A DNA stretch of 63,043 nucleotides, counting the filler, from Octopus bimaculoides (Eukaryota): NCBI RefSeq assembly GCF_001194135.2. It is 4 parts of 4 records of this genome, joined end to end, with 100 filler letters (N's around TTAATTAATTAA, not from the genome) between each part and the next. Parts side by side here need not be neighbours in the genome. Positions count along the whole stretch, not along the records: positions 26,217 to 42,948 come from NC_068981.1; positions 43,049 to 55,846 come from NC_068993.1; 2 more parts are not named here. One strand, 5' to 3'. How positions within the stretch are numbered: position 1 is the stretch's first letter; each line of letters starts with the position of its first letter. Both the position numbers and the translations under genes were made by a program. A model generated the notes under the pieces. It made no database searches, was not told the DNA's origin, and saw nothing but the letters and a program-made list of their open reading frames with translations. Positions 35,782 through 48,969 of this stretch are shown here, piece by piece.

Positions 35782-37859
35782 GCATAATACATACATACAT
35801 GCATGCATGCATACATACATACATACAATCATTCACACACACACACACACACACACGCATTCACACATATAAGAGTACGTGTCTGTGCATGTGTCTATGT
35901 ATATGTATGTAAATGCATGTATATAGGTNNNNNNNNNNNNNNNNNNNNNNNNNNNNNNNNNNNNNNNNNNNNNNNNNNNNNNNNNNNNNNNNNNNNNNNN
36001 NNNNNNNNNNNNNNNNNNNNNNNNNNNNNNNNNNNNNNNNNNNNNNNNNNNNNNNNNNNNNNNNNNNNNNNNNNNNNNNNNNNNNNNNNNNNNNNNNNNN
36101 NNNNNNNNNNNATATACCTATCTGCTTGTCTCTACATATATATGCATATATATATATGTGTGTGTGTGTATGTCTATGTGTGTGTGTACATGAATGTGTA
36201 TGTGTGTGTGTGTACATGAATGTGTGTGGGGGGTACGTGTTTGTGTTAATGTGTGGCCACAGCCTAATGACTGAGACAAGTAAAAGATAACAAAAAGATA
36301 CAAATACATACACATAAATATATATATATGCATATGTATGTATATATATATATATGCATATAAACATGAATATAAAGATATATACATATATGAATTTATA
36401 TAACTATATATATGTGTGTATGTGTTTCTGTGTGTGTGTGAGAGTGAGAGAGAGTGTGTGTATACACACACATCAATTTATGTGTATAGACATACATTTA
36501 TATACAAAGAGATAAATATATAGAGAGGGGGCAGGTGCAATTGCAGATGGGTTATATGCTACGGATAGAGTAAGCTAAGCGATTTGGTCATATCTATGTC
36601 AGTGCTATGTGCGCATCTATGTGCGTATGTAAAAGCAAATATAGAAACAAGCACAGACGCACAGAGATTGCACACAGAGATTGCACACAGAGATTGCTCA
36701 CATACAGTATATTAGGAGAAGTCAGGTTTGTAGGGGAAGAAACAAAGAACAAAATGGTTCTCCGTTGTTGTGGAAGTGAAATATTTATGTCGGTATGCGT
36801 ATTATGGACTGGAAATTCTATGTGAATTATAGGTCAAAATTAAAGATGCATTTTGTCGTTATAATTGCATAGTTATATGCTATAAAGCAGATATCTTTTG
36901 AGGGCGAAACAGAGGCAAAATTTGTGCTTTCTTTTAAAGGTCGCCTTAACGTAGATCTCTTTATATATACACACACTCATACACAAATACACACACATTC
37001 ACATGCGTACATACACACACACTTATACACATATACATGTATAACTATATATATATATATATATATNNNNNNNNNNNNNNNNNNNNNNNNNNNNNNNNNN
37101 NNNNNNNNNNNNNNNNNNNNNNNNNNNNNNNNNNNNNNNNNNNNNNNNNNNNNNNNNNNNNNNNNNNNNNNNNNNNNNNNNNNNNNNNNNNNNNNNNNNN
37201 NNNNNNNNNNNNNNNNNNNNNNNNNNNNNNNNNNNNNNNNNNNNNNNNNNNNNNNNNNNNNNNNNNNNNNNNNNNNNNNNNNNNNNNNNNNNNNNNNNNN
37301 NNNNNNNNNNNNNNNNNNNNNNNNNNNNNNNNNNNNNNNNNNNNNNNNNNNNNNNNNNNNNNNNNNNNNNNNNNNNNNNNNNNNNNNNNNNNNNNNNNNN
37401 NNNNNNNNNNNNNNNNNNNNNNNNNNNNNNNNNNNNNNNNNNNNNNNNNNNNNNNNNNNNNNNNNNNNNNNNNNNNNNNNNNNNNNNNNNNNNNNNNNNN
37501 NNNNNNNNNNNNNNNNNNNNNNNNNNNNNNNNNNNNNNNNNNNNNNNNNNNNNNNNNNNNNNNNNNNNNNNNNNNNNNNNNNNNNNNNNNNNNNNNNNNN
37601 NNNNNNNNNNNNNNNNNNNNNNNNNNNNNNNNNNNNNNNNNNNNNNNNNNNNNNNNNNNNNNNNNNNNNNNNNNNNNNNNNNNNNNNNNNNNNNNNNNNN
37701 NNNNNNNNNNNNNNNNNNNNNNNNNNNNNNNNNNNNNNNNNNNNNNNNNNNNNNNNNNNNNNNNNNNNNNNNNNNNNNNNNNNNNNNNNNNNNNNNNNNN
37801 NNNNNNNNNNNNNNNNNNNNNNNNNNNNNNNNNNNNNNNNNAGAGAGAGAGAGAGAGAG

Positions 37860-38130
37860 AGATTTCAGCAAGTGGCTAAGTAGAGTTCTCCTTGCACACC
37901 TGCTGATTTCTGGTGGCATGCCATCCTAAACCGGTGCTTTTCCAGTAGGTAAGCCATCAATAGCTCTGCTCAGTTTTTCAGTAGTTGGCAATGAGTCCAG
38001 CTTCTCCATCCCTGGTATGTGTTCAATGGTGTCGATTTGTGAGTGGCTTTGCTAGTAACGATCTTTGCATACTGGGACAGCTGCTGTTTCATAATTTAAT
38101 TCAACGTCTGTGTAAGAACCACCTATATTC
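37860..38130 (-). mobile_element. BovB-like RTE reverse transcriptase N-terminal fragment
   Basis: IDTIEHIPGMEKLDSLPTTEKLSRAIDGLPTGKAPV*DGMPPEISRCARRTLLSHL (KAPGxDG motif). It runs into gap 37067-37841. Confidence 0.72.
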
Positions 38131-38589
38131 GTGATTTTTCTAGAAATGCTTATCTAATACACATACACACACATACACATATAATTATAGTACAATTTGG
38201 GTGAAACAATCGTAACGTTGCATATAAGAGCTCTTATGTCGTTATTTGTTTATCACATGATATCCTCCAGTCGGCGTTCTTCCAGGGCTAGATACACATG
38301 CGGAACACCTTTCTCACAATATCAATACAAGGATAATATAACACAAGGGTGTCGGATAACAGGCTTTAATAGATCACAATATTTGTTACTGCATCGCAAA
38401 CCAACTTTAATTTATTGAGTTTATATTTTTAAAAATCATTAGAGAACAACATTTTTTATAATTATTATACTTCTTGCTATTCAGCAACTTCTTGCTATTC
38501 AGCAACTGCCGTTGTGGGCACTTCATCGGGGCAAATTATAGTTAATTCTTGTTGGGTTTTTAACTCTTCGTTTGAAATAGATGTGTCTA

Positions 38590-39090
38590 ACTGCGCGTTA
38601 GAATTTTGCGAGGGACTTTCGGAAGAAGCTTGAACACTTTTGGCATTCTCTTCTGAGGTCTAACGAAGCGAAACTCAAGTCATTTGTTCACGATGTTAGA
38701 ACTACCGTTTGAAAGAATAATGGAGATGCCTGAAATCCGAAAAATATCAGAGCTAGCATCAAGCAAGGTGGAAGCAGCATGATGCTGTGGAGTTGTTGTT
38801 CTGCTAAACGCCCCGGAAAATTGACTCGAATTGAAAGAACAATGCAAAAAGAGAATTATCTCGTCCTTATCCCTGAGATTAGAACGCTGATGGAACTTCA
38901 TGCAGGACAATTATCCAAAGCATGCCTAAGATTTAATGAAAATTGGTGGAAAGGAAACATGATAAATTTACTCTCACAGCTGATTCAAACACAATAGAGA
39001 ATTTATGTTGGGAGCCAAAGTAAACAGTGAACACAAGAAGGCCACCTAATTTGAAACTGCTTGAAGAAGATGCGATTGAAGTTTTCCATT
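38590..39090 (+). pseudogene. Tc1-like DDE transposase pseudogene
   Basis: Frameshifted motifs FWHSLLRSNEAK (WSDETK-like), NPKNIRASIKQGGSSMMLWSCCSA, QDNYPKH and IENLCWEPK..RRPPNL. No TIRs identified. Confidence 0.82.
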
Positions 39091-40226
39091 GCTGAGATGC
39101 ATCACTCGTCCAGGAACTTTACCCACCGAAAAAGTACACGTTTCGTATTCCTCACGCTAACAATATTTATTGCACTTTTGGAGTATTTCTACTTATTTAT
39201 TGCCAACAAAACCAATGCTTGCTTTGTCAGAGTCTCTTACATACTCTATCTACCCAAAACCAAACTAAGGTTTAACAATGTACGAAATGTTTATCTACTT
39301 GGAGAAATATAACCACTAAGTTATGAAATGGATTCATATTCGTGGAATATTGCAGAGGTTGTTCAAACAAAATGGACAAAAGGTATTAAAAATGTTAATG
39401 ATAATGGACATTGTATTTGCTTCAGAGGAAAGGAAAGGAAATAGGAGCAACCTGTAGCTTTTATGATGCCTACACTGTGTTAATATCAATTACATATTAC
39501 ACACCAATTTCCGGCAAAATATTCACATAACCAGGCAGCTAATCCACACAGCATCTTAAACGTCGGAACCTAGTGATTTTATTAATGGAATAGAAGAACT
39601 GTGCAACATTCCACCCCTGTTTTCTGATGACATCTTAATGTTAGACTATCGATACATGATTATTTGTTTTGATTAGATTTTGCTGGATATAGCTCGTGAA
39701 CCCTAACATAAAAAAAAGACATCTAAAGAACAGATCAGAATTAACAAGTATATCTCGCGGGGACTGGAATACGGTATGAGATGCTCAAGTAACAGTTGGA
39801 AAATACGGCCTGGGAAAATAAAATAACAGTAATATTGGATTATTAGAAAATATAAAGAACAAAAACTAACCTTTGTTAGCAGATACGTCAGTGGCAATCG
39901 TCAACGACGTTATTATAGTAATCACATAGAAGATTACATGAGAACTAAATTGATTTAATCCTTATCTCTAAAATTAGTGGAATGGTGATTTTTTTTCTAT
40001 GTGCTGGCATAGGTAATGAACAGTATCTTTTAATTATAGCGATAACAATGAAACTCACATCAGTCAAGATAAAACAAATATGCAGAAATATATAACAAAA
40101 TATAACAATATTTGATCTTCAAAAATTAATAGACCAAACAGAATATAAAGTGCAAAAAGGAAGAATATAAGTGCCCTCTTCCTCCTCCTTCTCCTCCTCA
40201 TCTTCATCATCATCATCATTATTATT

Positions 40227-40672
40227 GTTTTTATCTCAGGTTTTGTTGTAACTCCTGGAATTTTCCATGTATAGCGGGCTTGCTGCATGCAGCCTACGAC
40301 ACCTTGCTATTTGTTCTTTTATCTAATGCTTTCTCGAATATTCTGGCCATGCCACAGAGCCAAGCCTTTTTTAACAGTTCTACTAGGCACTCTATTCCCA
40401 TTTTCTTTATATTCCTTTTGATCCCTACTGATACTGTCCCCAATGAATCAATAATAATTGGCACTATCTCCACCTTCTTCATTTTCCTTAGCCGGACTAT
40501 TTTGTGCTTGAGAGGATTGCCTATATCTATTTTTTCGCCTAATTTCTTGACAGTTCGTGGGTCAAAGGGGCACGCAACCTCAGTTATGTAACACATGTGA
40601 TGTATCTTGTCGACCACCACTCGGTTCATTCTCTTGTGTTCTAGCGCCTGATCTGTTTGGAATGGGAAATTC
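40227..40672 (-). mobile_element. R4/Dong-like element 3' end, decayed
   Basis: WNFPFQTDQALEHKRMNRVVVD..ITEVACPFD..IVPIIIDSLG..LLKKAWLCGMARIF. The 3' flank on + is (CCT)n(CAT)n(TAT)n. Confidence 0.78.
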
Positions 40673-42332
40673 CGGCAAGCACATTAAAGGTGAGACCGTA
40701 CAAAATATTCTACGCTATGTTTGACAATAATTGTTCTATGTATCTCTATTTAAAGAATTGTATATGCATTAGCTTACTACGTTGTGTATTTTAGTAGCAG
40801 ATACTCTTGTAGTGTTACTTTCATGATTGTTTAGCTAAAAGTTAGCTCTTATAGTACAAAACTATTCGTGAATTTATTCCAGCCATGAGTGTCCTGTACT
40901 TTTTGCTAAATCTAGTGTTATGCGATATTTTATAAGGCGACGTCTGTTCACATTTTAAAGGCAGCAGTGTTAAATATGATGGAAATTTTCTTGCTATTTC
41001 TAACGGATTGAATGGTAGTGAACAGAGTCCGTATTGGTTTCTTTTCGGGAAATAATGTCGAAGTTGTTAAACAGGTCAGTCTTGAGTGTACAGAGCTGTG
41101 ATTAATGGCATTCAAGTATAACCAAAATAGCTCATTATCAATGATATGATATCTAGGCTATTACATTACACATAGAGCCTCTCTATATTTAAGCGAAAAG
41201 TGTATTTTTGTTGTTGTTTCTAACGCCGCAAGTGAAAGCATTGAAACTACCTAGTTACTTTGTTTAAATGCACATTAAGTTAGTATCGGTGTGATGGTGA
41301 CCTGAAATAGATATATATTTGTTGTTGCTATATTATATAATGTCATTGGATTACATTGGCATTAACGCATAAGGTATTTCTTTATGTGAATAACCACAGC
41401 ATACTTTCTTTAATTTTTTTGAAATATTGCATCAAGGTTTCGTGGTACATTTTATGTTTGTTTATCGAAGTCTGCTACATACGAATTGTATTATTTGAGT
41501 CTTTGCTTAAATAGTAGGCTCACGCGATATACTGTTCTATTTCATTATCTAGTGGTGGCTACTGACAAACAGTTGATTAATTTTGGGAATTTGAACATGG
41601 AGGATATTTAGGTTGGATCATATTGAGCACGGAAAGTTGTTTCTTAGGGGATACACACTATTTTAAGGTGCAGGAGATTCCGTGTGTGTGAATAAGAGAA
41701 GAAAATGTTGTTATTATCGCAGTATTCATGTAGGTTTTCACGTACTGAATAGTTTGCGCATGATTCCTTCAGGTTGAATAATGTTTTGTTTTGCACAGTT
41801 GGCAATTTCTTATATATGCATTGCATGTATAGATAACAAAGTTATCTTGTTAAGTAAGAAGGAATTGAACAGTAAATACGTTAAAAGACGTTAAACATTA
41901 CGTTACGTTAAACACATTAACTGCAGATATGATTTTTCTCTTCGTCTCTCCATTTATCAAAGAATCGCTAAAAAAACAGCATATATATTATGCACAACAA
42001 TATGTGTATGTTTTTGTGTGTGTGTGTGTGTGCTTCTGTGTGTAACTGCGTGTATTTCTGCGGGTGTGAGTGTGTTTGTATATGTGCACAGGTTCAATCG
42101 TGTAAGTGAGTGGGTGTGATATGCGAAAAAGCGAAAAACTGAATAAATGATATAAATGGAAATATTAGAAATACTAGCACTGAGAGAAATAGACGAATGT
42201 AAAGGCAACTGCTTTGCTTTTGATATGATTAAAAATATGGCGAGTGGTGCTAATTAGCCTCTCCTGATAGAAGACATAACTTCATCCATCCATTCATCAA
42301 TCTGTCTATCTATGCACAAACACACAAATATG

Positions 42333-42418
<86 letters not shown>

Positions 42419-43142
42419 ACAGCAACAAAAGTATTCAGTTGCGAATATTTATATTGATATTAATATTGTTATTATTATCGAAGGCAATACAAATAGATTA
42501 TAATAACAGCAATATTAATATAGGTGGTTTCAGGCCTAAATCAACATTGTATTACTACAAAATTAAAATTACATGAATCAAAGGACGGACACATGAAAGT
42601 GTCTAGCTGTTAGAAATAAGAGTTAAGACTCTCATCTGCACTACCAAAAAATATTTACAACGAAAATGATTAAGTTGTGCTGAAGAAGGTAAGATGTTTG
42701 TATCAAACCAGTAAGCAGTCTACATATACACCTGTTCCATTAAATATTTAGGTTTATGCTGTTGAATCTGTCATTTTCAGTGTAAATAATTTTTGGTAGT
42801 CCAAATGAGGGTCTTATTTCTCTTATTCTAGCGGATAGACACTTTAATGTGTCCTTTGATTAATACACAAACACGCACACACACACACATATATATATAC
42901 ATACATACACACACACATACATACATACATATATATATATGTATATGTNNNNNNNNNNNNNNNNNNNNNNNNNNNNNNNNNNNNNNNNNNNNTTAATTAA
43001 TTAANNNNNNNNNNNNNNNNNNNNNNNNNNNNNNNNNNNNNNNNNNNNGATGTCTTTATTTCCGATGTTTTTGGATAAGTTTCGGAGCAGTGATTTATCG
43101 TACTCACATGTTAAACTTCCCCGGTGTTCTTTTCTGTTAAAC

Positions 43143-43230
<88 letters not shown>
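43143..43230. repeat. (ATT)n microsatellite, about 29 units
   Basis: Read directly. Confidence 0.97.
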
Positions 43231-43233
<3 letters not shown>

Positions 43234-43449
43234 TATATGCACAACAGTTAGACTGTTGGGAAAGAAAACTTCTTAACATCAGGCTACAACAAGTAACCTT
43301 AGATTTAATCATATTGATAAATGGTATGAACATGAGTCTAGTAAAGTACTAGAAAGTAAGAAATATAAGATGTTATGGGACTTTAACATTCAGACTGACA
43401 GAGTAACAGATGCTAGAAAGCCTGATAGTGCCAGATAATTGACTGTACA

Positions 43450-45420
43450 AGAATTCTCCTAAATATCCTAGCTGTTCCTAATAACAGTGTTTTCTGGAGC
43501 TGTACTAGACTGGGTTTTATGCCTATTTCCTCCATCCATCTGTTCGAATCTTTAGGGATAGTTCCTAATGCACCTATAACTACTGGGATACATTTTACCC
43601 GCACTTTCCATAGTCACTGTAATTCACTGGTTAGTATTTTGCTATTTTCTCTATACCTCTCATATTGATTTTTTCATCATTTGGAACTGTACAGTCAATT
43701 ATCTGGCACTATCAGGCTTTCTAGCATCTGTTACTCTGTCAGTTTGAATGTTAAAGTCCCACAACATCTTATATTTCTTACTTTCTAGTACTTTACTAGA
43801 CTCATGTTCATACCATTTATCAATATGATTAAATCCTGGCTTTCTACATAACTCCTAGTGTATTACTTGATTCTACAAAAGATGCTGAGTAACAACCTTC
43901 ATTAGATTAGGACCATTTAGCTTTGACTTCATTAATTTCTTCACACTTCTGATATACTCCTCAATTTTCGTTTTCATTTCTATAGTTAGTACTCTATCAG
44001 ATTCTAATACTCCTAGATACTTATAACTCTCTCCTCCTTTCAATGATCTTAATGCCTGGCAATCTAGTAATTGGATGCCTTCACTGTTGACTACTTGTCC
44101 CCTTTTCATAACTAATATTGCACATTTATTTATGCCAAATTCCATGCTTATATCTTTGCTGAATAGTCTTACAGTTTGTATTAAGGAATCTATCTCTTTT
44201 TCATTCTTATTAAAAATATTCAGATCATCCATGTAGAGCAAATCATTAATTTTTCCCTTACTATTTCTGAACTGATACGCTGTCTTTGTCTTCTTTAATA
44301 CTAAACTGAGGGGATCAAACATAAGACAAATATTAAAGGGGGTAACGAGTCTCCTTGGAAAATTCTTCTCTTGACATTAACTTTCCCTAATACTGTGTTG
44401 CCTGGGTAGAAGTCTACTTTCCATTTCTTCAAGTTAAAGCTAATTAATTCTCTTTTGTTGTCTGCAATACTGTATATACTCAAACATTCACTTACCCATA
44501 AGTGGGGATCATGTCATTGGCCTTCTTATAATCCATTCATGCTATTGTTAGATTTTTCTTTCTAGATTTTACTTCATTTAGAACTGCTTTGTCTATGTAT
44601 AATAGATTATGCGTTCCTCTAGCCCTCCTCCTGCAGCCTTTCTGGCAATATATTCTGGCTGTCAAGGTCTCGCAAATGCTTTCTGAAAGCATTCCTATTA
44701 ACAGCTTCCTCACTAATGGTAAGCAAATGATTAGTCTATAATTGCTAGTTGTATTACCCTTGCTTTTGCTTTTCATAAGGAATACTGTTCTCCCTCTAGT
44801 TATCCGATCTGGTATTATTCCTCCATTAAGGCAATCATGAAGTTGTTCCCTCAGCTCCCATGTAAGCTACTAAATTTCTTTAACCAGTACCCTTAAACTA
44901 AATCTGATGTTGGGCCCTTCCTATTCGGCATTTTTTCTCACACTTTACTCATTAATGCACTAGTTAGTCTTAAATCTGACTTCTTCTCACTTACTACTTC
45001 TTTCCTCACTTTCTTTAACCATACTGCATCTTTATTATAATTGACTGGCTTATCCCAAATATTACTCCAGTGTCTCATCTTCAGTACCTTCTTCTCCACT
45101 ATTTTTGGTTATTAAATTTCCTCTAATCTGTCTCAAATAATCTATTCTGTTGATACTGATGTATTCTTTTCTGATGTCTGGAAAGCTTACCTGCTACTGC
45201 TATGATACGCAGCTTCAACTCTTCTATGACTATCCCAAATTCTTCCTCTGTGACTAAGTATCTCTTCTCAAGAGAAGATTTAAATCTTGTGTTTCCTAAT
45301 TTGTTCAGTTTCCAGACTTCTTTTCTCCTATAATCTTGTCTTAAAGTCTTCAATTTGTTTTGTAGTCTCCTTTTTCAAATTTTCTCTTTTCTAATCTTTC
45401 CTTATGGAATATCTAATCTT
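43450..45420 (-). mobile_element. R4/Dong-like element with RT and RLE, internally deleted and decayed
   Basis: NYRLIICLP, RRIFQGDSL, LLYMDD and SYKYLG (RT domains), then WYEH..LWDFNIQTD..RKPD and IPVVIGALG..LQKTLLLGTARI. The 3' UTR is replaced by an inverted duplication. Confidence 0.88.
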
Positions 45421-45435
45421 CTACTACACCATCTG

Positions 45436-45461
45436 CCTCCTCCTCCTCCTCCTCCTCCTCC

Positions 45462-45507
<46 letters not shown>

Positions 45508-45510
45508 TAT
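45436..45510. repeat. Compound microsatellite (CCT)n(CAT)n(TAT)2 between two Dong-like elements
   Basis: Read directly. Confidence 0.95.
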
Positions 45511-48500
45511 TATGTAATGAAAACTCACGGCTTATTTTGCTGGGTATGATGGAAAGTGTCAGCAGACTAAGGTGGCACTTGTTCACTGGTCATGCTTCAA
45601 GAGCCTTGCGAAGAATTCTTGCAGTTCCAAGTACTGCTGATTTTTGTAGGTATTCTACCTTCACACTTGCACCAATCTTTTTTAGCTATGTTGGTAGTTG
45701 AGTGCTGATACTTCCAAGTGCACCAATTACTATTAGCATCACGTCTGCTCTCTTCATTGACCACAACCTTTGCTTTTTCCTACTTCAAATCGTAATAGTT
45801 GTTTATTTTTGCTTCTTCTTTCACATTGATTCTATTGTCACCGGGGCATACGATGTCGATTATCATACATGTTCTTTCTTTTTTATTCACCACAACAATG
45901 TCCGGTTTCCGATGTCTGGTCGGATGATCGATCGCACTGGATCATTGCATAACACAGTATTTTGCAATTCTCATTTTTGGTGGCTCCTTTTGGAGTTTGC
46001 TCATACCAGGTCTTTGCTCTTTGTAGGCCGTGATTTCCACAGAATTCCTAATGGATCATTCTTGCCACACTGTCATGGCGTCTATAGTATTCGCGTTGTG
46101 CCAATTTCGCGCATTCGCTAACGATGTGCTATACCGTTTCACCCCTCTCGCTACACATTCTGCATTTGTCGCTGTCTGTAGTGTTGTCCATTCTGCTCCT
46201 TAACACTTGTTCCTGAGCTACGCATATATGTGATTTTGTCTATCTTCAGGTCACTCCTCCTCATCCGTAGCCACCGGTCCTCTTTTGGCGTTCACATCTC
46301 CTGCAAACTGGCCGTACACTTTTTTCCTTCCATACTTTTTCCTTTTTTTCTGTTCCTCTCTTGCTTAAATTTTTCTTTAGTTACACAATTTTCAGTTCTG
46401 ATGACGCAAGCTTTTTTCGTATGTTTCAACAATAGGTCCACGGCATTTTTTATATACCACCCTAAGCTGTTTTCCTCTGCTTCGGTACAGTCCTGGCAAC
46501 TGATCAAACCTCTCCCACCCTTTCTTCTGGACAAGTACAGCCTATTGGTGTCACTCTTAAGGTGGAATGCTCTGTGTACTGTCAATATTTTTCTTTTTAC
46601 TATTTTATAATTCCCGCTCCATACCGAAGTGATGCTATCACCCACGTATTAACTGCTTGGATTTTATTCCATCCAGTCAATGTTGAGCGCAACACCAATC
46701 TTAGTCTTCGGAAATACTCCACCCTCAGTTGCTCTTTCATTTCCTTTTCCATTATCTCGTTGGACACTAGTACACCAAGGTATTTGTATCCTTCCGTTTC
46801 AATTTGTTTAATCAAGTCTCTATTCGGTAATTCTATCCCTGCTACCTTGCCTCTTTTTCGGGAGATTATTCCGCACTTCTTGAGTTCAAATTCTATTTTA
46901 ATATCAGTAATAAAATAGTGGACCGTGTTCACCAAGGAACTCACTTGTGTCTCATCCATACCATACAGTTTCAGATTATCCACGAAGAGGAGGTGGTTGA
47001 TGATTTGGGATTTTTCTTTTAGTTGGTATCCTAGGTTCATTTTCCTGAGTTCCAAAGTCAGAGGTATCACGCAGAGAACAAAAAGCAACGAAGATAAGCT
47101 ATTACCCTGGAAAATCCCTCTTCTGATACCTAGGGTGCCCAAGATGTCAGTTCAGTTTTCCACCCCGCTATACTTCTCTTCAAGAAACACGTTACATTCC
47201 CCGCACTTCCAAACAGATCTAAACATTCAATGATCCACGAATGTCAATCTAGGCCATTCCCAAATGTGTTCTCCTTCGTTTACAATCTTGCATTACCATT
47301 TAGGCTATCGATAGTTGATTTTTGGTACCTCTGCATCTCTTTTGACAGCCTTTTTGTTCTGTAAGCAAAATATCATTTTCATCAAGAAATTTGTACACTT
47401 CTGCAATTCCTCCTGACAGTAACTTCCAGATTAATGGGAGGCAAGAAATTGGCCTGTAATTGCCAGCAACATTTTCCTTTGATGCATCCTTCAGACACAA
47501 CACTGTTCGTCCTTTTGTCAACCTTGTACACCTTCAGGTCCTGCTGCTTTCCAATTGCTTATTCACAGAAGAAAGTACCAGAAATATGAGTTAAAAAACT
47601 CATATTTCTGGTACTTTCTTCTGTGAAGTGGATAGCCTCGTGCTGGGGATTAGAAGCTGTTTGCTTCAGGCTGCAGAGCCATTCAGCCGTAGTACTATGT
47701 TGTTCTTGCTTACTCCATATCTTACCTCAGAAAAGTCGACTTTCATTAGCACTAGGGACTAATCTTTCATGTTTTACATCATCATTAATATCTTGATAAA
47801 ATCTTTTTTGGTTGGTTCTAAACAATTTGCTTTGCCGGTATTGCTTAATTCGTTGTTTAAACCTAGTTAGTTTTTTTTTTAAGTATGCGCTGCTTCAGTT
47901 CTTCAATTACAACACGCGCTGCTTCAGTTCTTCAATTACAACATTCAGGCCTTTTGTATGTCCACCATACTTCTTTCTAACGTTTTCGAATTTATACTCG
48001 TTCATAAGTTCTCCATTTCTTTCCCTGACAAATATTAACACTACATTATTCAGGGAGTTTATATCTTCTGAAATTCTCCATTTCCACCAAGGTTGTTTAT
48101 TTCCTCTTCTATTCATTGCTGTTCTGTTCTCTGCCATAATTCTACTAACAGCATTGATAAGATTATTTATTTGTGTGATGTTCTTTGTTTAAATGTATCT
48201 TAATTACATTATTGACTTTTCTCGTCTCTTGATTTAGTCTCCATTGGTTAAACTTCTAAAAGTCACTCATAAATTCTGTTCCTTCTGTATTTAATAGTGC
48301 CAAAACCCTGTCTATTATTAATCGATCTTCATTGTTTAAGTAGTCACTGATCTCAATTCTTTCACAGTTCACGGTAGTATAACCATTGCGAACAATTGTC
48401 CATCTCTTCCACTCTTCCACTACTTTCGTTTCTTGCATGTCCAGCATTACCCGATATCCTTCTTTTAATAACTTCTAACTCCAATTCTGTTAACCATCCA

Positions 48501-48933
48501 TTCTCTCGTATCGTTCGTGCTTGAACAGATAATCGCTGTTCAGTAATTTCAAACAGATCCATTGCCGTCCATGCACTGTGCATTCGTTTTCTGCACCCTC
48601 TGACAGGCACGCCATTCGCATCCACTGGCGTTCTCTGGTAGTAACACTCCATAACCATCATGTTTACTTGTTTACTCCATTTATGTCTTGTAGCATGGCT
48701 AGCAGTGGCTGGATTGCGACCGGGCCCACCTTGCTGCACAGTGGGACACCTGCCGGGAGTGGCACCTTCACCATTGGTTCCAGTCCTGTTCACACTGTTA
48801 TCATCATTTTTTTTTTTTTGCTTGGCATTTTGACTCACAAATGAGGTGTGCTTTTAGGATACTACCAACCGGTATTTTTATCACCATCTCTATCAAGGTA
48901 GTCCACCAAGGCGGCAAGAGCCTTGCTCTTTTG

Positions 48934-48936
<3 letters not shown>
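45510..48936 (-). mobile_element. Near full-length R4/Dong-like element (decayed)
   Basis: N-terminal KWSKQVNMMVMECYY..RMHSAW..TEQRLSVQARTI..WLTELELE, then RT ([27 protein letters not shown]), CCHC finger CRMCSERGETV*HIVSEC at about 46100-46160, and RLE ending LQKSAVLGTARILRKALEA*. The 5' end abuts (TTA)n at 48937-48968. Confidence 0.9.
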
Positions 48937-48968
<32 letters not shown>

Positions 48969-48969
<1 letters not shown>

